Source of the DNA: a virus
DNA length: 64,000 bases
Direction: 5' to 3' (one strand)
IMG/VR virus record: IMGVR_UViG_3300027749_000063
Location: 1-64,000 of that record
Part shown: positions 24,326-35,547 of the stretch, in pieces
Layout: every line of letters starts with the position of its first letter
Position numbering within the stretch: position 1 is the first letter of the stretch
Translations under genes and position numbers: made by a program
The notes under the pieces: model-generated
Told to the model about the DNA's origin: nothing
What the model saw: the letters and a program-made list of their open reading frames with translations, nothing else
Database searches by the model: none

Positions 24326-26335
24326 ATGCACGCTAATCTAGAAAGTCCAGAATTCTTTATTAATGTTAAGTCCTTCCCTGAGATTGGCTCAGAGGAGTAT
24401 GATGCATTTTGGGAGAACGAAGACAAAAAGATTACAGAAGGTGTAACTATTAATGGATTCTATTTCTCGCCTTTTATTTATTGGCATTTAAACTACTGGT
24501 CTATATACATAGATACAGTGGTAGGTAAGCGTCAAATTAGAAAGCTAGACAAACCTCAGCTTTGGGATACCTACTTAGCAGTAGACGAAACTATCCACAA
24601 AGCAGAAAATCACGTAGACGGAAAGAAAGGAGTTGTGATGGTAGGATCAAGACGTATCTCTAAGTCAGTTTTAACTTCTTCTTATATGGCTCACAAAGCC
24701 ATTACACAGAAAGGTTCTGACAATTTGATATCTGCGCTTAACCAACCTGACTTAAAAGTAATCACAGACTATGTAGACTTAGGTATTAGAAACCTTCCTG
24801 ACTACTTTAGATTTCCTCGTATTGAAGATGACTGGAAGAGACAGGTAACTTTAGGATTCAAAGACAAGAGAACTAACTCTCGTAATGAGTGGTCTAAGTT
24901 TCACGTACGTAACTTTGATGAAGGCAACAATACGGAAGCAGCGGCAGGTCTTACTCTATCTTCGTTTCTTTTGGAAGAAGGAGGAAAAGGAAAGATCCTT
25001 TCTTGCTTAGCGGCAACTACTCCTTGTTTTGACAGTCCTTATGGCTGGCGTTGTTCTCCTTTCGTAATTGGAACTTCTGGAGATATGACTAAGGCAGCAG
25101 ACCTAGAAGAACTCTTTAACAATCCTGAAGCCTATAACTTTCTTCCTGTAGAATCTAATGAGACAGGAAAGTCTTATGGACTATTTATTCCAGGTACACG
25201 TTCTTTGAAAGTTCCAAAGCAAGAAACTCCCCTAGGACTTTACTTAGGTAAGGAAGAAGCTTCTGAGTTAGATATAATTAAGATCTGGGTAGCAGACGAA
25301 GAGAAAGGAAAAGAACTTATCTTAAAGTCTAGAGAACAGACTAAGAAATCAAACGGATTAGAGGCTTACTTAAAAGAAGTAATGTACTATCCTTTGAATC
25401 ACGAAGAGTGTTTCTTAGAACTATCTCAGAACATATTCCCTGTAGACTTACTTCAAGAACAACTACAGAAACTAAGTGCTCAAGAAATTCAAGCAGACAA
25501 CGTAGAACTTTTCATTAACTCTGAAGGAAAGATAAGACACAAGTTTACAGACAAGAAGCCTATTATTAACTTCCCTGTTAAGTCCACAGATCCTATTGAG
25601 GGTTGTGTTCAGATTTGGGAATATCCTCTGTCAGAAGCCCCCTATGGACTTTATACAGCAGGAACGGATCCATACAAACAGTCACAGGCACACTACTCAA
25701 CTTCTTTGGGTTCTACTTATATTTATAAGAGGGTTCATAATCTAAGTGGAGAAGGATGGCAGAACATAGTTGTAGCTTGTTACACAGGTCGTCCTAAGAA
25801 GATTGAGACTTGGTATGAGATGACTAAGATGCTTCTTAAATATTACAATGCTAAGACTCTTTGTGAAAACATGGACTATGGTTTTATCCAGCATTGTGTA
25901 GATAAGAATGAATCTCCCAAAGTTCTAGAGAAGACCCCTAAGTTTCTGAATGACATCCACCCTAACTCTACAGTAAACCGTGACTACGGTATTCACATGA
26001 CCAAAGACATTAAAAACTATTTGATGTCTCTTATCATCGAGTACATAACCGAGGTAATAGAAGTAGAGAGGGATGAAGACGGAGCTATCATAAAAGAAAG
26101 ACTAGGTGTAACTAGAATACTAGATCCTCTCTTGATTAAGGAGTTAATTAAGTTTACTCCTAAGTTAAACGTTGACCGAGTTATTTCATTTGGATTAACT
26201 TTAGCTATGGCTAAAACTCTTACTACACAGGTTGTCATCTCAAACTCTAGTGACGACAATAGAATACAAGCTTACTTCAGAGAGAAGAAAGGAAACTCTT
26301 TATTCCGTACAACCTCATCCCCCTTCCGATACTAA
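24326..26335 (+). CDS. terL: terminase large subunit (crAss-like)
   Basis: Walker A-like GSRRISKS, Walker B LLEEGG, coupling GTSG, nuclease GTDPY and NVDRV. Confidence 0.9.
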   Translation: MHANLESPEFFINVKSFPEIGSEEYDAFWENEDKKITEGVTINGFYFSPFIYWHLNYWSIYIDTVVGKRQIRKLDKPQLWDTYLAVDETIHKAENHVDGKKGVVMVGSRRISKSVLTSSYMAHKAITQKGSDNLISALNQPDLKVITDYVDLGIRNLPDYFRFPRIEDDWKRQVTLGFKDKRTNSRNEWSKFHVRNFDEGNNTEAAAGLTLSSFLLEEGGKGKILSCLAATTPCFDSPYGWRCSPFVIGTSGDMTKAADLEELFNNPEAYNFLPVESNETGKSYGLFIPGTRSLKVPKQETPLGLYLGKEEASELDIIKIWVADEEKGKELILKSREQTKKSNGLEAYLKEVMYYPLNHEECFLELSQNIFPVDLLQEQLQKLSAQEIQADNVELFINSEGKIRHKFTDKKPIINFPVKSTDPIEGCVQIWEYPLSEAPYGLYTAGTDPYKQSQAHYSTSLGSTYIYKRVHNLSGEGWQNIVVACYTGRPKKIETWYEMTKMLLKYYNAKTLCENMDYGFIQHCVDKNESPKVLEKTPKFLNDIHPNSTVNRDYGIHMTKDIKNYLMSLIIEYITEVIEVERDEDGAIIKERLGVTRILDPLLIKELIKFTPKLNVDRVISFGLTLAMAKTLTTQVVISNSSDDNRIQAYFREKKGNSLFRTTSSPFRY

Positions 26336-26373
26336 TACTACTAATACTACTAAACTAAAACAAATATACTAAA

Positions 26374-28827
26374 ATGATTATTGAAGCATTTAAAGAGCAT
26401 GTAGATCCCGTTAATCATGCCTACTTCTACCCTGAGCAATTTGTAAGCCTGGAGTATAAGCAGTCTGAAAAATGGATAAAGTCTACTATGGACTACTTTG
26501 CAAATATTGCATTTGCACAATACAAGCAGAACGTAGAATTTAGAAAGAACTACCGTTTACTTAACGGTGAATTTAACTTTACTGACTATACAAACGTAGC
26601 AGATTATCAGGAGCTAATCAGCTACTTAGAAGATGTTCCTAACCAGGATCCAGATGTTCCTCAGCACTTAAAGCACTATCCAATAGTTAACCCTCCTATC
26701 AATCAGTTAAAGGGAGAGTTGATTAACCGTCCTCACAAATACAAAGTAAAAGCTGTAGATGATGAAGCGATTAACGAAACTATTGACTTTAGAACTGACT
26801 TAATCAAGGAACACTTCTTAAAAAATCTTCAAGCTCAGCTAGAAGGACAAGAGATTGATCCTGAACAAAGAGCACAGATGGAGCAAGACATTCAGAATAA
26901 AATCTTGGATTATACTTCAGTTGCTGAAGAGTGGGGTAACAAAACTCTTAATGCTCTTAAATATCATTTTAACTTTAAAGAAAAGTCTCAACAGTCATTC
27001 CTAGATTTCTTGGTAACAGGTAAAGAGTTTCACCACTTTTATCCTGATAACTCTCGCTTAGGATTTAATTATAAAGTAGAGAACCCTTCTAACGTATGGT
27101 ACTTAGGTAACCGTAATGCTCAGTACACTTCTGATTGTTGGGCATTAGGTCTTATTGAAGTTCTTTCAATGACTGAGATTGTAGATCGTTACAACTTAAC
27201 AGGAGAAGAAATAGAACACTTGAAAGTTCGTTCTCTTCAGAACTTAAGAAATAACGAATACTCTCCTATGGCTCCTGCACTTCCAGATCCTAATGATCCT
27301 TTGTGGCAGTTGACTTTTGAGAACGTAGGTGACTTTGCTAACGGGGGTATTGATCACAACGTATTTTCATTTAACTCTCAGCATGCTTATACCGTAATTA
27401 CCGCTTACTGGCAGTCTAAGAAAAAGATCTTTAAAAGAACTTACTTAGATGAAGAAGGATACCAACAAGAAATGTTTGTATCTGAAGATTATAAGTTAAA
27501 CAAAGATCTAGGAGATATTTCTATTGAAGAACTTTGGATAAATGAGTGGTGGAGGGGAATTAAAATTGGAGCAAATATTTACGTAAACGTAGAACCTCTA
27601 GAGTTTATTCAAGATTGTCCTCTAGTAGGAATTATTAATACTTCTCGTAACACTCAAGGTAAATCTCTTTTAGATCTTCTTAAACCTTACCAGGTTCTTT
27701 ATAACATTTGTATGAACCAGTTATGGGAATTACTAGAAAAAGAAATTGGAGTAGTGTTCTTAGGTGACCTTAAAGTAGTTCCTAAGAAAGACTCTCAGGA
27801 TCCTATTGAGACAATGTTGTGGAATGCTAAGAACAGAGGTACTCTCTTGATTGACACTTCGATTGAGAATACAGGAGGGGCTGTACAATTTAACCAGTTC
27901 TCTCGTATTGACCTTACACGTTCTCAAGAAATTCAAGCACGTATTCAATTAGCTCAACAACTTCGCTTAGAGGCTTATGAGTTAGTGGGTATTACTCGTC
28001 AACGTTTAGGTAACTCACAGGCATCAGATACAGCAACAGCTGCTAACAATGCTTTGATTCAATCTTTTGCTCAGACAGAAACTTGGTTTGCTTGGCATGA
28101 CAACGTACTTCAGAAAGTATATCAGTCTATTCTAGACATGTCTCAGTATATTGAATTGCAGAAACCTACTTCTACTCTTAATTACCTTAACTCTGAACTA
28201 GAGAGTGTATTCCTAAGAGTAAGCAAGAACGAACTACTTCATGAGTTGTTTGTATTTGTATCCTCTTACGCAGAAGACAAAGTAACCCTAGAACAGTTAA
28301 AGCAATTGGCTCAGCCTGCTATGCAGAATGGAGCAGAGCTTTCTGAGATGGTAGACTTGTTTACAGCTAACTCTGAAAGAAGTCTTCGTAAGACTTTAGG
28401 TGATGTACAGAAACGTAAAGAAGAAATTCGTCAACAAGAGCAAGCTCTTAAACAACAACAGCTGGATCAACAACAACAACAGTTTGAACAGAAGATGCAG
28501 ATGGATGCTGCTCAGAGAGCAGAAGACGCTAAACGTGATGACATGAATAAACAGTTAGATCGTGAGAACAAGATTCAGATTGTACAACTTCAAGGTATTG
28601 CTAACGAAGGTTCTTATAATCCTGACGTAGATACTACTGGACTTTTAATTGAACAAACTAAAATAGCTCAAGATATTTCTAAGAGTCAATTTGATAAAAT
28701 AACTAAAGATAAAGAGATGGGTTTGAGAGAGAAAGAACTAGCACTCAAGGAGAAAGACATAGATAACAAACTAAAAATAGCTCAAACAAATAAAAATAAG
28801 TACGATTCTGGCTCAAAAAAGCGCTAG
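26374..28827 (+). CDS. portal protein
   Basis: 817 aa after TerL; HYPIVNPPINQLKGE, EWWRGIKIG, GITRQRLG; Q-rich C-terminal coil. Confidence 0.88.
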   Translation: MIIEAFKEHVDPVNHAYFYPEQFVSLEYKQSEKWIKSTMDYFANIAFAQYKQNVEFRKNYRLLNGEFNFTDYTNVADYQELISYLEDVPNQDPDVPQHLKHYPIVNPPINQLKGELINRPHKYKVKAVDDEAINETIDFRTDLIKEHFLKNLQAQLEGQEIDPEQRAQMEQDIQNKILDYTSVAEEWGNKTLNALKYHFNFKEKSQQSFLDFLVTGKEFHHFYPDNSRLGFNYKVENPSNVWYLGNRNAQYTSDCWALGLIEVLSMTEIVDRYNLTGEEIEHLKVRSLQNLRNNEYSPMAPALPDPNDPLWQLTFENVGDFANGGIDHNVFSFNSQHAYTVITAYWQSKKKIFKRTYLDEEGYQQEMFVSEDYKLNKDLGDISIEELWINEWWRGIKIGANIYVNVEPLEFIQDCPLVGIINTSRNTQGKSLLDLLKPYQVLYNICMNQLWELLEKEIGVVFLGDLKVVPKKDSQDPIETMLWNAKNRGTLLIDTSIENTGGAVQFNQFSRIDLTRSQEIQARIQLAQQLRLEAYELVGITRQRLGNSQASDTATAANNALIQSFAQTETWFAWHDNVLQKVYQSILDMSQYIELQKPTSTLNYLNSELESVFLRVSKNELLHELFVFVSSYAEDKVTLEQLKQLAQPAMQNGAELSEMVDLFTANSERSLRKTLGDVQKRKEEIRQQEQALKQQQLDQQQQQFEQKMQMDAAQRAEDAKRDDMNKQLDRENKIQIVQLQGIANEGSYNPDVDTTGLLIEQTKIAQDISKSQFDKITKDKEMGLREKELALKEKDIDNKLKIAQTNKNKYDSGSKKR

Positions 28828-28841
28828 AATGATCTGAAATT

Positions 28842-28874
28842 GGGGGGTTTGTGAGCTACAAAATCCCCCTTTTC
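28842..28874 (+). terminator. intrinsic terminator
   Basis: G-run / CCCCC stem followed by T-run. Confidence 0.6.
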
Positions 28875-28963
28875 AACATATTGTATATAACGTATCATAA
28901 ATAATTAATCTCTTGTGTTAATTTTTTAAAATACTATTTTTGAATTAAACCAAACTAACCATT

Positions 28964-30121
28964 ATGACTAATGATAATCCATTAGAGAACTTAGAGTTCT
29001 TTGACAGTTTTTCCGTGGATGATCCTTTCGAGGATGCCCCAGAAGATCCCAATGCCAACGTCAAACCAGACATCTTAAATGGGGAAGATTACGATCCCTT
29101 AAACGAAGAAGAAGCAGAACCAGCAGGTTCTGAAGACCCCTTAGGAGATGATGATTTACCTTTACCTAAAAAGAAAACTACTCCTGCACCTGCAGAAGAA
29201 GAAGAGGAAGAAGAAGTAAACCTAGAGGATGACGAAGATGAAGAAGGAGAAGAGAATCAATTTGAGGTTTTTGCCAATGGTCTGATACAAGCAGGAATGC
29301 TTAACGTAGAAGAAGGCGAAGAAATCGAATGGAATGAACAAACCTTCTTAGCTAAGATGAATGATACCATCGAAGACAAGGCTTGGAATCAACTAGAGCA
29401 ACTTGCAACAGAGACCTACGGAGAAGCAGGAGTACAGATGATCGAAGATATCTTCATCAATAAAGTTCCAGTACAAGAATACCTACAGAAGTTCTCTAAC
29501 GAACAGATTGTAGAAAATGTAGACTTGAGTGTAGAAGCAAATCAGGAAAGAGTTTTCCGTTTGTATCTAGCTAAAACAGGAATGGACGAAGATGAAATCC
29601 AAGATCAACTTAACTACGCTAGGGACAATGATCGCTTAGAAGCCTACTCTCAAAAATACCACACTAAGTTGGTAGAGAAAATGCAACAGGAAAGAGCAGT
29701 ACTTGCTCAAGAAAGTGAAGCAAGGGTTCAAGTGATGAAACAGAAAGAAGAAGAAAGAGAACAGTTATATGCAGACGTATTAGATAAAGCAATTGCTTCT
29801 GGTACTATTGAAGGTTATCCTTTAAACGAACAAGCTGCAAACGAACTATTTGATTTCGTTTTATCTAAGCCTCACGTTCTTCCAAACGGACAACGTATTA
29901 GTGAGTTTGAATACAAACTAGCTAAAATGCGTCAAGAGGATCCTAGTAAGTTCTTAGCTGTAGCAAAACTAGTTCAAAGCAATTTGGACTTGTCTCCTGT
30001 AAAAAGAAAAGCAGTAACAGAAGAAACCAATTCTCTGTTCAATAACCTTAAAACTAAGAGCAAGAAGTCTTCACCGTCTAACAAGTCAAACGAAGATGCA
30101 TTCTCAAAGTATTTCAAATAA
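28964..30121 (+). CDS. acidic scaffold-like protein (crAss gene 77-like)
   Basis: D/E-rich disordered N-terminus; lies between portal and MCP. Confidence 0.7.
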   Translation: MTNDNPLENLEFFDSFSVDDPFEDAPEDPNANVKPDILNGEDYDPLNEEEAEPAGSEDPLGDDDLPLPKKKTTPAPAEEEEEEEVNLEDDEDEEGEENQFEVFANGLIQAGMLNVEEGEEIEWNEQTFLAKMNDTIEDKAWNQLEQLATETYGEAGVQMIEDIFINKVPVQEYLQKFSNEQIVENVDLSVEANQERVFRLYLAKTGMDEDEIQDQLNYARDNDRLEAYSQKYHTKLVEKMQQERAVLAQESEARVQVMKQKEEEREQLYADVLDKAIASGTIEGYPLNEQAANELFDFVLSKPHVLPNGQRISEFEYKLAKMRQEDPSKFLAVAKLVQSNLDLSPVKRKAVTEETNSLFNNLKTKSKKSSPSNKSNEDAFSKYFK

Positions 30122-30150
30122 ACAAAACAAAACAAAAATAAATTACTACT

Positions 30151-31680
30151 ATGCCTAATCAAAGTATTCCAAGGGTTAACGGGAGAGTTATAGCTAACGC
30201 CCACATGACCAGCTCATTCTATTCTAAGAATGGTTTGGGTAAATTGACTGACAAGAATTTTGTAGAAACTATGTTGCGCACTAAGCCTGACCAGTATGAC
30301 AAAATGATGATCCGTCTATTCACTGACACTAAATTGTATTCTAACGATTTGATCGACCTAGTTATGAAAAGCGGTAAGCCTTTCATGGTTAACGATCCTA
30401 ATGGTGTGTTCACCTACAAAATCAAGAAGCGTGCTGAATTGCCTAAAGTTATTGTTAACTTGGCTTCTAGCATTGCTAAACCTGGTATTGATGGACAAGA
30501 GTTCGAGATTGTGTTTGACAAAAATGTATTCGTTGTAAACGATATCATCACTGCACATCGTTATGAGCAAGAAACTCAGATCCAGATTGTGAGCGAAGGT
30601 GAGAAATATCAGAATGGCTTTAAGTTCCGTGCTCGTGCAATTGGTGCTTCTGGTTCTGATTTCGTTAACCAACGTTTCTTACAAGTAGGTACTGAGTACT
30701 TCAAGATTGGTAACATCTTGGGTGAGTACACCACTTCTTTCTCTAGCTTGGGATTGTTTGATGGTAACTTAGAAGTTATGGCTGATGTATTGCAACAGTA
30801 TGGTGTTGAACACACTATCACTGACTGGGCTGATGCAACCAAATTGGGTGTGCAAACTGACGCTTCAGGTAATCCTTTGGACATCACTTACTACTCTGTA
30901 ACTGATCCTATGGCTATGGGTGAAAAGACCAAGATTGTTGGTTGGGAGCCTACAGTATCTCGTTTGCTTCGTATGGAGATGATGCGTATGAAGGCCAACA
31001 CATTGATGTGGGGTCGTCAAGGTAACGCTAAAGATGAAAAAGGTCGTCCAACTCGTGCTAAGCAAGGTTTGTGGCAACAACTTCACTTGGGTAACGTTAT
31101 CTATTATGATCGTGGTCAGTTCTCTTTGAACTTGATTCGTGCTGCTGTTGGAGATTTGTTCTACAACCGTGTGTTGATCAAAGATCGTAGCGTTAAAATC
31201 TACACTAACCGTTCTGGTATGGAATTAGCAGCTACTGCTATCCGTAAAGATTTCAACGGTCAGAACTTCATGGTAGATGCAGGTAAGTTCATGGATGGTA
31301 AAGATCGTTTGAAGCAAGGTTATGCTTTCCAATTCGATCACTTCATGACTACTGAAACTGGTCCAGTTGAGTTCGTAGAACTAGAGCAATTGAACGAGCA
31401 TGCAACTTTCTTGGAATTGGGTCCTAACAAGAAGACTCCTCCTATCTTCATCATTTTGGATATCAGTGGTCAAGATGACGCTGGAATCCGTGAAGTGAAA
31501 TTGGCTACTCGTCCTAACATGTACTATCAGTATATCCCAGGTTCAGTAGGATTCGGAAGCCAACAAACTGTTGTTGCTAGCAAAGATCCTTACTCCACCT
31601 ACATGATGAAAGATTTCGCAGGTATCTTCTTGGAAGATCCTACTAAGTCAGTAATCATTAAAGAATTCCCTCGTCTTTAA
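30151..31680 (+). CDS. major capsid protein
   Basis: 509 aa, strong codon bias, LMWGRQG...GLWQQL, GIFLEDP; synteny; terminator follows. Confidence 0.88.
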   Translation: MPNQSIPRVNGRVIANAHMTSSFYSKNGLGKLTDKNFVETMLRTKPDQYDKMMIRLFTDTKLYSNDLIDLVMKSGKPFMVNDPNGVFTYKIKKRAELPKVIVNLASSIAKPGIDGQEFEIVFDKNVFVVNDIITAHRYEQETQIQIVSEGEKYQNGFKFRARAIGASGSDFVNQRFLQVGTEYFKIGNILGEYTTSFSSLGLFDGNLEVMADVLQQYGVEHTITDWADATKLGVQTDASGNPLDITYYSVTDPMAMGEKTKIVGWEPTVSRLLRMEMMRMKANTLMWGRQGNAKDEKGRPTRAKQGLWQQLHLGNVIYYDRGQFSLNLIRAAVGDLFYNRVLIKDRSVKIYTNRSGMELAATAIRKDFNGQNFMVDAGKFMDGKDRLKQGYAFQFDHFMTTETGPVEFVELEQLNEHATFLELGPNKKTPPIFIILDISGQDDAGIREVKLATRPNMYYQYIPGSVGFGSQQTVVASKDPYSTYMMKDFAGIFLEDPTKSVIIKEFPRL

Positions 31681-31695
31681 TTAACGATTCTATAA

Positions 31696-31719
31696 GGGAG
31701 GGGTTTAATAGCCCCTCCC
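31696..31719 (+). terminator. hairpin/terminator after MCP
   Basis: GGGAGGGG/CCCCTCCC stem. Confidence 0.6.
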
Positions 31720-31763
31720 AAATAGATAAAAATTAAAACCCAAAAAACCAAAAACCAAACCAA

Positions 31764-32702
31764 ATGAGTAACAACAACATCAAGGGTATGCGCATTATTC
31801 GCCCTTACAAGAAAGAACCCTCTAACATGCGTACGTTAGAAGGATCATTGTATCAGAATGGATATTCATTCATTCCAGGAACAACAAGAAAGTTTTATCC
31901 TCGTGTAGATTCACGTGGAGTTATTAGGACAGGATTAGATGAGAACTCTCCAAAAATCAGAGCCATCTTTGATCCTAAAGTAAAAGAAGCTGAGGTACAA
32001 CGAATCAAGCAATTGAAAGATTACTATGAGTCAATCCTTGACGAATCTTTAGAGCCTAATAGTACGTTCTATGACGAAATGAAAGAAAACGGAATTACTC
32101 TAGAAGATGGTGAAAACATCTTTAACATGGAGAATCCCCGTGAAGCTGTAAATTTCTATTGGGTTATGGAGACTGATATGGTAGCCAATTCATTAGATGA
32201 CATTGAAAGTGGAAAAGTAGACACCTCAATTGTAAAATTCTATGTTTACAATGGAGAAGTTGAAACAAAGGTAACCTTTGAACGCAAGAAGAAGATCAAC
32301 AGCGCTATTGCATCTCTTGATAAGATGACTGCAGTTAAGCGTAAGAAGATTCAGAAACTTATCGGCTTAGGATTGCCAATGGATAGTACAGAAGAAGAAG
32401 TTTACAATGCTATAGATGAATTCTTACGTACACCTGCTAGTGCAATGGACAGAGATCCTATTGAACAGTTTGCAAAGATCACTTCTTATAGTGATGACTT
32501 GCTTGATGTTAAGGCTCTTGTTAAAGACTTAGTAGATAAAAACATAGTAAGAATTAAAGGTTCTATTGTATACGAAGGTGAGCATGTATGGGCTAAGTCA
32601 ATTGAAGAGTTTGAACTTTTCTTAACTGACCCTAAGCACACTGAAGAATATGATTCCTTTAAGGACAAGTTAAAGAATAAAGCTAGAATTGACGCTCTCT
32701 AA
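31764..32702 (+). CDS. conserved virion protein (crAss gene 75-like)
   Basis: Synteny after MCP; RTGLDE motif. Confidence 0.65.
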   Translation: MSNNNIKGMRIIRPYKKEPSNMRTLEGSLYQNGYSFIPGTTRKFYPRVDSRGVIRTGLDENSPKIRAIFDPKVKEAEVQRIKQLKDYYESILDESLEPNSTFYDEMKENGITLEDGENIFNMENPREAVNFYWVMETDMVANSLDDIESGKVDTSIVKFYVYNGEVETKVTFERKKKINSAIASLDKMTAVKRKKIQKLIGLGLPMDSTEEEVYNAIDEFLRTPASAMDRDPIEQFAKITSYSDDLLDVKALVKDLVDKNIVRIKGSIVYEGEHVWAKSIEEFELFLTDPKHTEEYDSFKDKLKNKARIDAL

Positions 32703-32714
32703 TAAACACAAACT

Positions 32715-33431
32715 ATGATCTCAGTTGAGGAACTCATCTATGAGTTTAAACTAACCATAAACAAAGTCAACCGTCAGGATAACATTGATATCCCGATTGA
32801 AGACATTATGGTTTATCTCAACAAAGCTCAAGTTAGTTGGGTTAAAACTAAACTTAATCCTAACAACGTTTATAGAGTAGGGTATGATTCTATCAGAAAA
32901 CGGATTGACGACTTACAAGTCTTAAAACAATCTAATATTCTTTTACAACCAATTAAAACAAACGATCTCTTTCACCTTGGCTATGACTGCCCTTTGAAAG
33001 ATGCAGTAAACTATATGTTCTATATTTCGTCTTACGCTATAGCTAAAGAAAACAAATGTTCTGAGCCAATAACTATAGACTTAATTAGACACGGAGAACT
33101 TACTACTAAGTATCTAGATGATAATTATAACCCTTCGTTTAAGTGGAGAACTACAATAGCCACACTGGGGAACGATAATTTGACAGTCTATACTGATGGT
33201 AAGTTTACAGTTGACCAGGTCTACATTACATACTTACGTTATCCCCTTAGCATAGATGTCCAGGGTTACGTAAAGTTTGATGGAAGTAACTCTGTTAATC
33301 AAGACTGTGAACTCCCTGAATATGCTAAGTCAGACGTTGTCGACCTAGCTGTTAAGTTTGCTGCTCAATCAAATGACAATCAAGCACAAGCTGTGTTTGC
33401 CGAAGATCGTCTAACTAAAAACTCTGAATAA
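32715..33431 (+). CDS. tail ring/adaptor protein (crAss gene 74-like)
   Basis: YLNKAQ, RIDDL, YITYLRYP, CELPE...VDLAV. Confidence 0.7.
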   Translation: MISVEELIYEFKLTINKVNRQDNIDIPIEDIMVYLNKAQVSWVKTKLNPNNVYRVGYDSIRKRIDDLQVLKQSNILLQPIKTNDLFHLGYDCPLKDAVNYMFYISSYAIAKENKCSEPITIDLIRHGELTTKYLDDNYNPSFKWRTTIATLGNDNLTVYTDGKFTVDQVYITYLRYPLSIDVQGYVKFDGSNSVNQDCELPEYAKSDVVDLAVKFAAQSNDNQAQAVFAEDRLTKNSE

Positions 33432-33442
33432 AACATAAAATT

Positions 33443-35005
33443 ATGAATCACAAAATCACACAAATTTTCGTGCCTACAGCAGTATCTACTTCTGCTAGCA
33501 CTGATGCTTTGGCAACTCAACAGTTGGCCATTTATGACGGAAAATTGACTACTAACTTAGGTGCTACTCCTTCAGCTACTGAAGGTTACATCGTAATTGG
33601 TTCTGGTCAATCTAAGTTTGGTTCTTTCAAATCTGGTTTGATCAAAAAATCAAACGTTTTGAAAATTACTAAAACTGTTCCTGATAACACTACTAAACAA
33701 CAAATCACTTACATTGGTTTTGATGAAGTTAACGATGGTAAATCTCCTAGCTTCTCTTGCGATGAAGAGTATGTTGTTACTTTGAAAATCAGCGAATACT
33801 GGAGTAAAGGTATTTTCCAACCTATGATCCAAGAATCAGTAAGTGTTAAAACTGCTTGCTGTGCTGACTGTGCAGGTGGATGTGACTCTTTGGGTTGCTC
33901 TACTTACATGTCTACTTTGGCTGACAAAATCAATGCTTCCCCATTGTTGAGCAAGTATGTAACTGCTAGCTACGTTTACAAAGGTACTTTGCCTACTTAT
34001 AAGTACACTTTGACACTTCCTGATCCAGGTACAAACGTAGGTGGTGTTTCTACTTTCACTTCTTCAGGTGCTAGTACTACTAACGGAACTTATACTGCTG
34101 TTGCTGCTACAGGTGGAACAGGAAGTTCTGCTACCTTTACTGTAGTTATTGCAGGTGGTGTTGTAACTTCTATTACTAACGTTGCTGCAGGTACTGGCTA
34201 TACTATTGGAGATAGTTTGACTATCCCTTCTGCTAGTGTGGGTTCAGGTGGTGCTATCACTCTTGTATTAACTGCTACTACTGGTCCAGAAGGTACTTTA
34301 TTGAATGCTTTGAAAGCTTATTACCCAGCTGCAACTTATGGTGCAATTACTTTTACTGCTGATGTTGATGGTGATCCAGATGCAGATGCTTTGAATAATA
34401 GTATGTTTGAAATTGCAACTCCTTTGATTTCTGATATTACTTTAATGCCTGTTTATAATAACATTGCATGGGAGAAAGTATTGGTGACCGCTGCTGCTGT
34501 AACTGCTTGTGGTGTTAAAATTACTGGTAATACTTTGGATGAATTCGGAAACGCTTGTGTTCCTGATGCAGTTCCTTATGTATTCAACTTGGTACGTTTC
34601 AAGGTAAACATCCACGAAGGTCCTTACAACACTCAAGATTTCGACATTGAAAACTTCTGTTCTGCTATCCCTGTAACCACTACTCAAGAGATTAAGTATC
34701 CTATTGGTGCTGGTAAGGCTATGGCTGAAATGGAGCGTCACTACTTCACTAACAACTTGCCTGCTGTTGCTGAAGCTCGCTACTATTGGAATCCTATCTA
34801 CAACGAGGACGTTAAGTTTTACGTAGATAACACCAAATTGTACAATGCTTATGAGTTGACCTACGAAGAAGGTTCAGTTGATGGCTTTGAAAAGAAGACT
34901 ACAAATGCTCACTCTGTATTGGTTTTGGTTGACTCTACTGCTAGCTCAGTTATCACTGCTGTAGAAAACTTGTTTACCAACTTCACTGGGTTGTCATTCT
35001 CCTAA
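33443..35005 (+). CDS. abundant structural protein (crAss gene 73-like / auxiliary capsid)
   Basis: Synteny, MCP-like codon bias, terminator follows; inserted GTGY module. Confidence 0.65.
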   Translation: MNHKITQIFVPTAVSTSASTDALATQQLAIYDGKLTTNLGATPSATEGYIVIGSGQSKFGSFKSGLIKKSNVLKITKTVPDNTTKQQITYIGFDEVNDGKSPSFSCDEEYVVTLKISEYWSKGIFQPMIQESVSVKTACCADCAGGCDSLGCSTYMSTLADKINASPLLSKYVTASYVYKGTLPTYKYTLTLPDPGTNVGGVSTFTSSGASTTNGTYTAVAATGGTGSSATFTVVIAGGVVTSITNVAAGTGYTIGDSLTIPSASVGSGGAITLVLTATTGPEGTLLNALKAYYPAATYGAITFTADVDGDPDADALNNSMFEIATPLISDITLMPVYNNIAWEKVLVTAAAVTACGVKITGNTLDEFGNACVPDAVPYVFNLVRFKVNIHEGPYNTQDFDIENFCSAIPVTTTQEIKYPIGAGKAMAEMERHYFTNNLPAVAEARYYWNPIYNEDVKFYVDNTKLYNAYELTYEEGSVDGFEKKTTNAHSVLVLVDSTASSVITAVENLFTNFTGLSFS

Positions 35006-35012
35006 AATTAAC

Positions 35013-35041
35013 GGGGGAGTTAATTGCTCCCCCTTTATTTT
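35013..35041 (+). terminator. intrinsic terminator
   Basis: GGGGGAG/CTCCCCC stem followed by T-rich tail. Confidence 0.75.
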
Positions 35042-35064
35042 AACCTTAATTAAATAAAACAAAA

Positions 35065-35511
35065 ATGAAAGATATTATTCTAAAATCAGGTACATACCTT
35101 AAGGAGACTAAGACATCACATACAAACTCTATCCCAGGAGAATCTTTGGAGAACTTTGTAATAAGTGTATTGGCTAACCCTACTTGCTGTGTAAAAAACG
35201 TTTCTTTGACTAAAGGAACTGTTACTCAAGCTTCAAGTCGTTCTACTGCTGTTACTTTGAATGCACCTGCTGGAGTTATCACTACTGATACTACCAACAT
35301 TGCAATTGCAGGTAATGCTGTATTCACTGTAAACAACTCTTATGTAAAAGCAGATTCAGTTATCTTGTTGACTATCAACACTACTGGATTGGCTGCTTAC
35401 TCTATCCACTTGGCTGTGGAGAGTGTTGCTGCAGGCTCATTTGCTGTTCGCATCTACAATGCTACTGGTGCAACTTTGTCAGCAATTAAAATTAATTACG
35501 CAATCCTTTAA
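35065..35511 (+). CDS. small structural/head-fibre-like protein
   Basis: KGTVTQASSRSTAVTLNAPAGVIT...FTVNNSYV, beta-rich. Confidence 0.6.
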   Translation: MKDIILKSGTYLKETKTSHTNSIPGESLENFVISVLANPTCCVKNVSLTKGTVTQASSRSTAVTLNAPAGVITTDTTNIAIAGNAVFTVNNSYVKADSVILLTINTTGLAAYSIHLAVESVAAGSFAVRIYNATGATLSAIKINYAIL

Positions 35512-35517
35512 TTAAAT

Positions 35518-35542
35518 AGGGGAGGTAATACTCCCCTTTTTT
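35518..35542 (+). terminator. intrinsic terminator
   Basis: AGGGGAG/CTCCCCT stem followed by T-run. Confidence 0.75.
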
Positions 35543-35547
35543 AAACC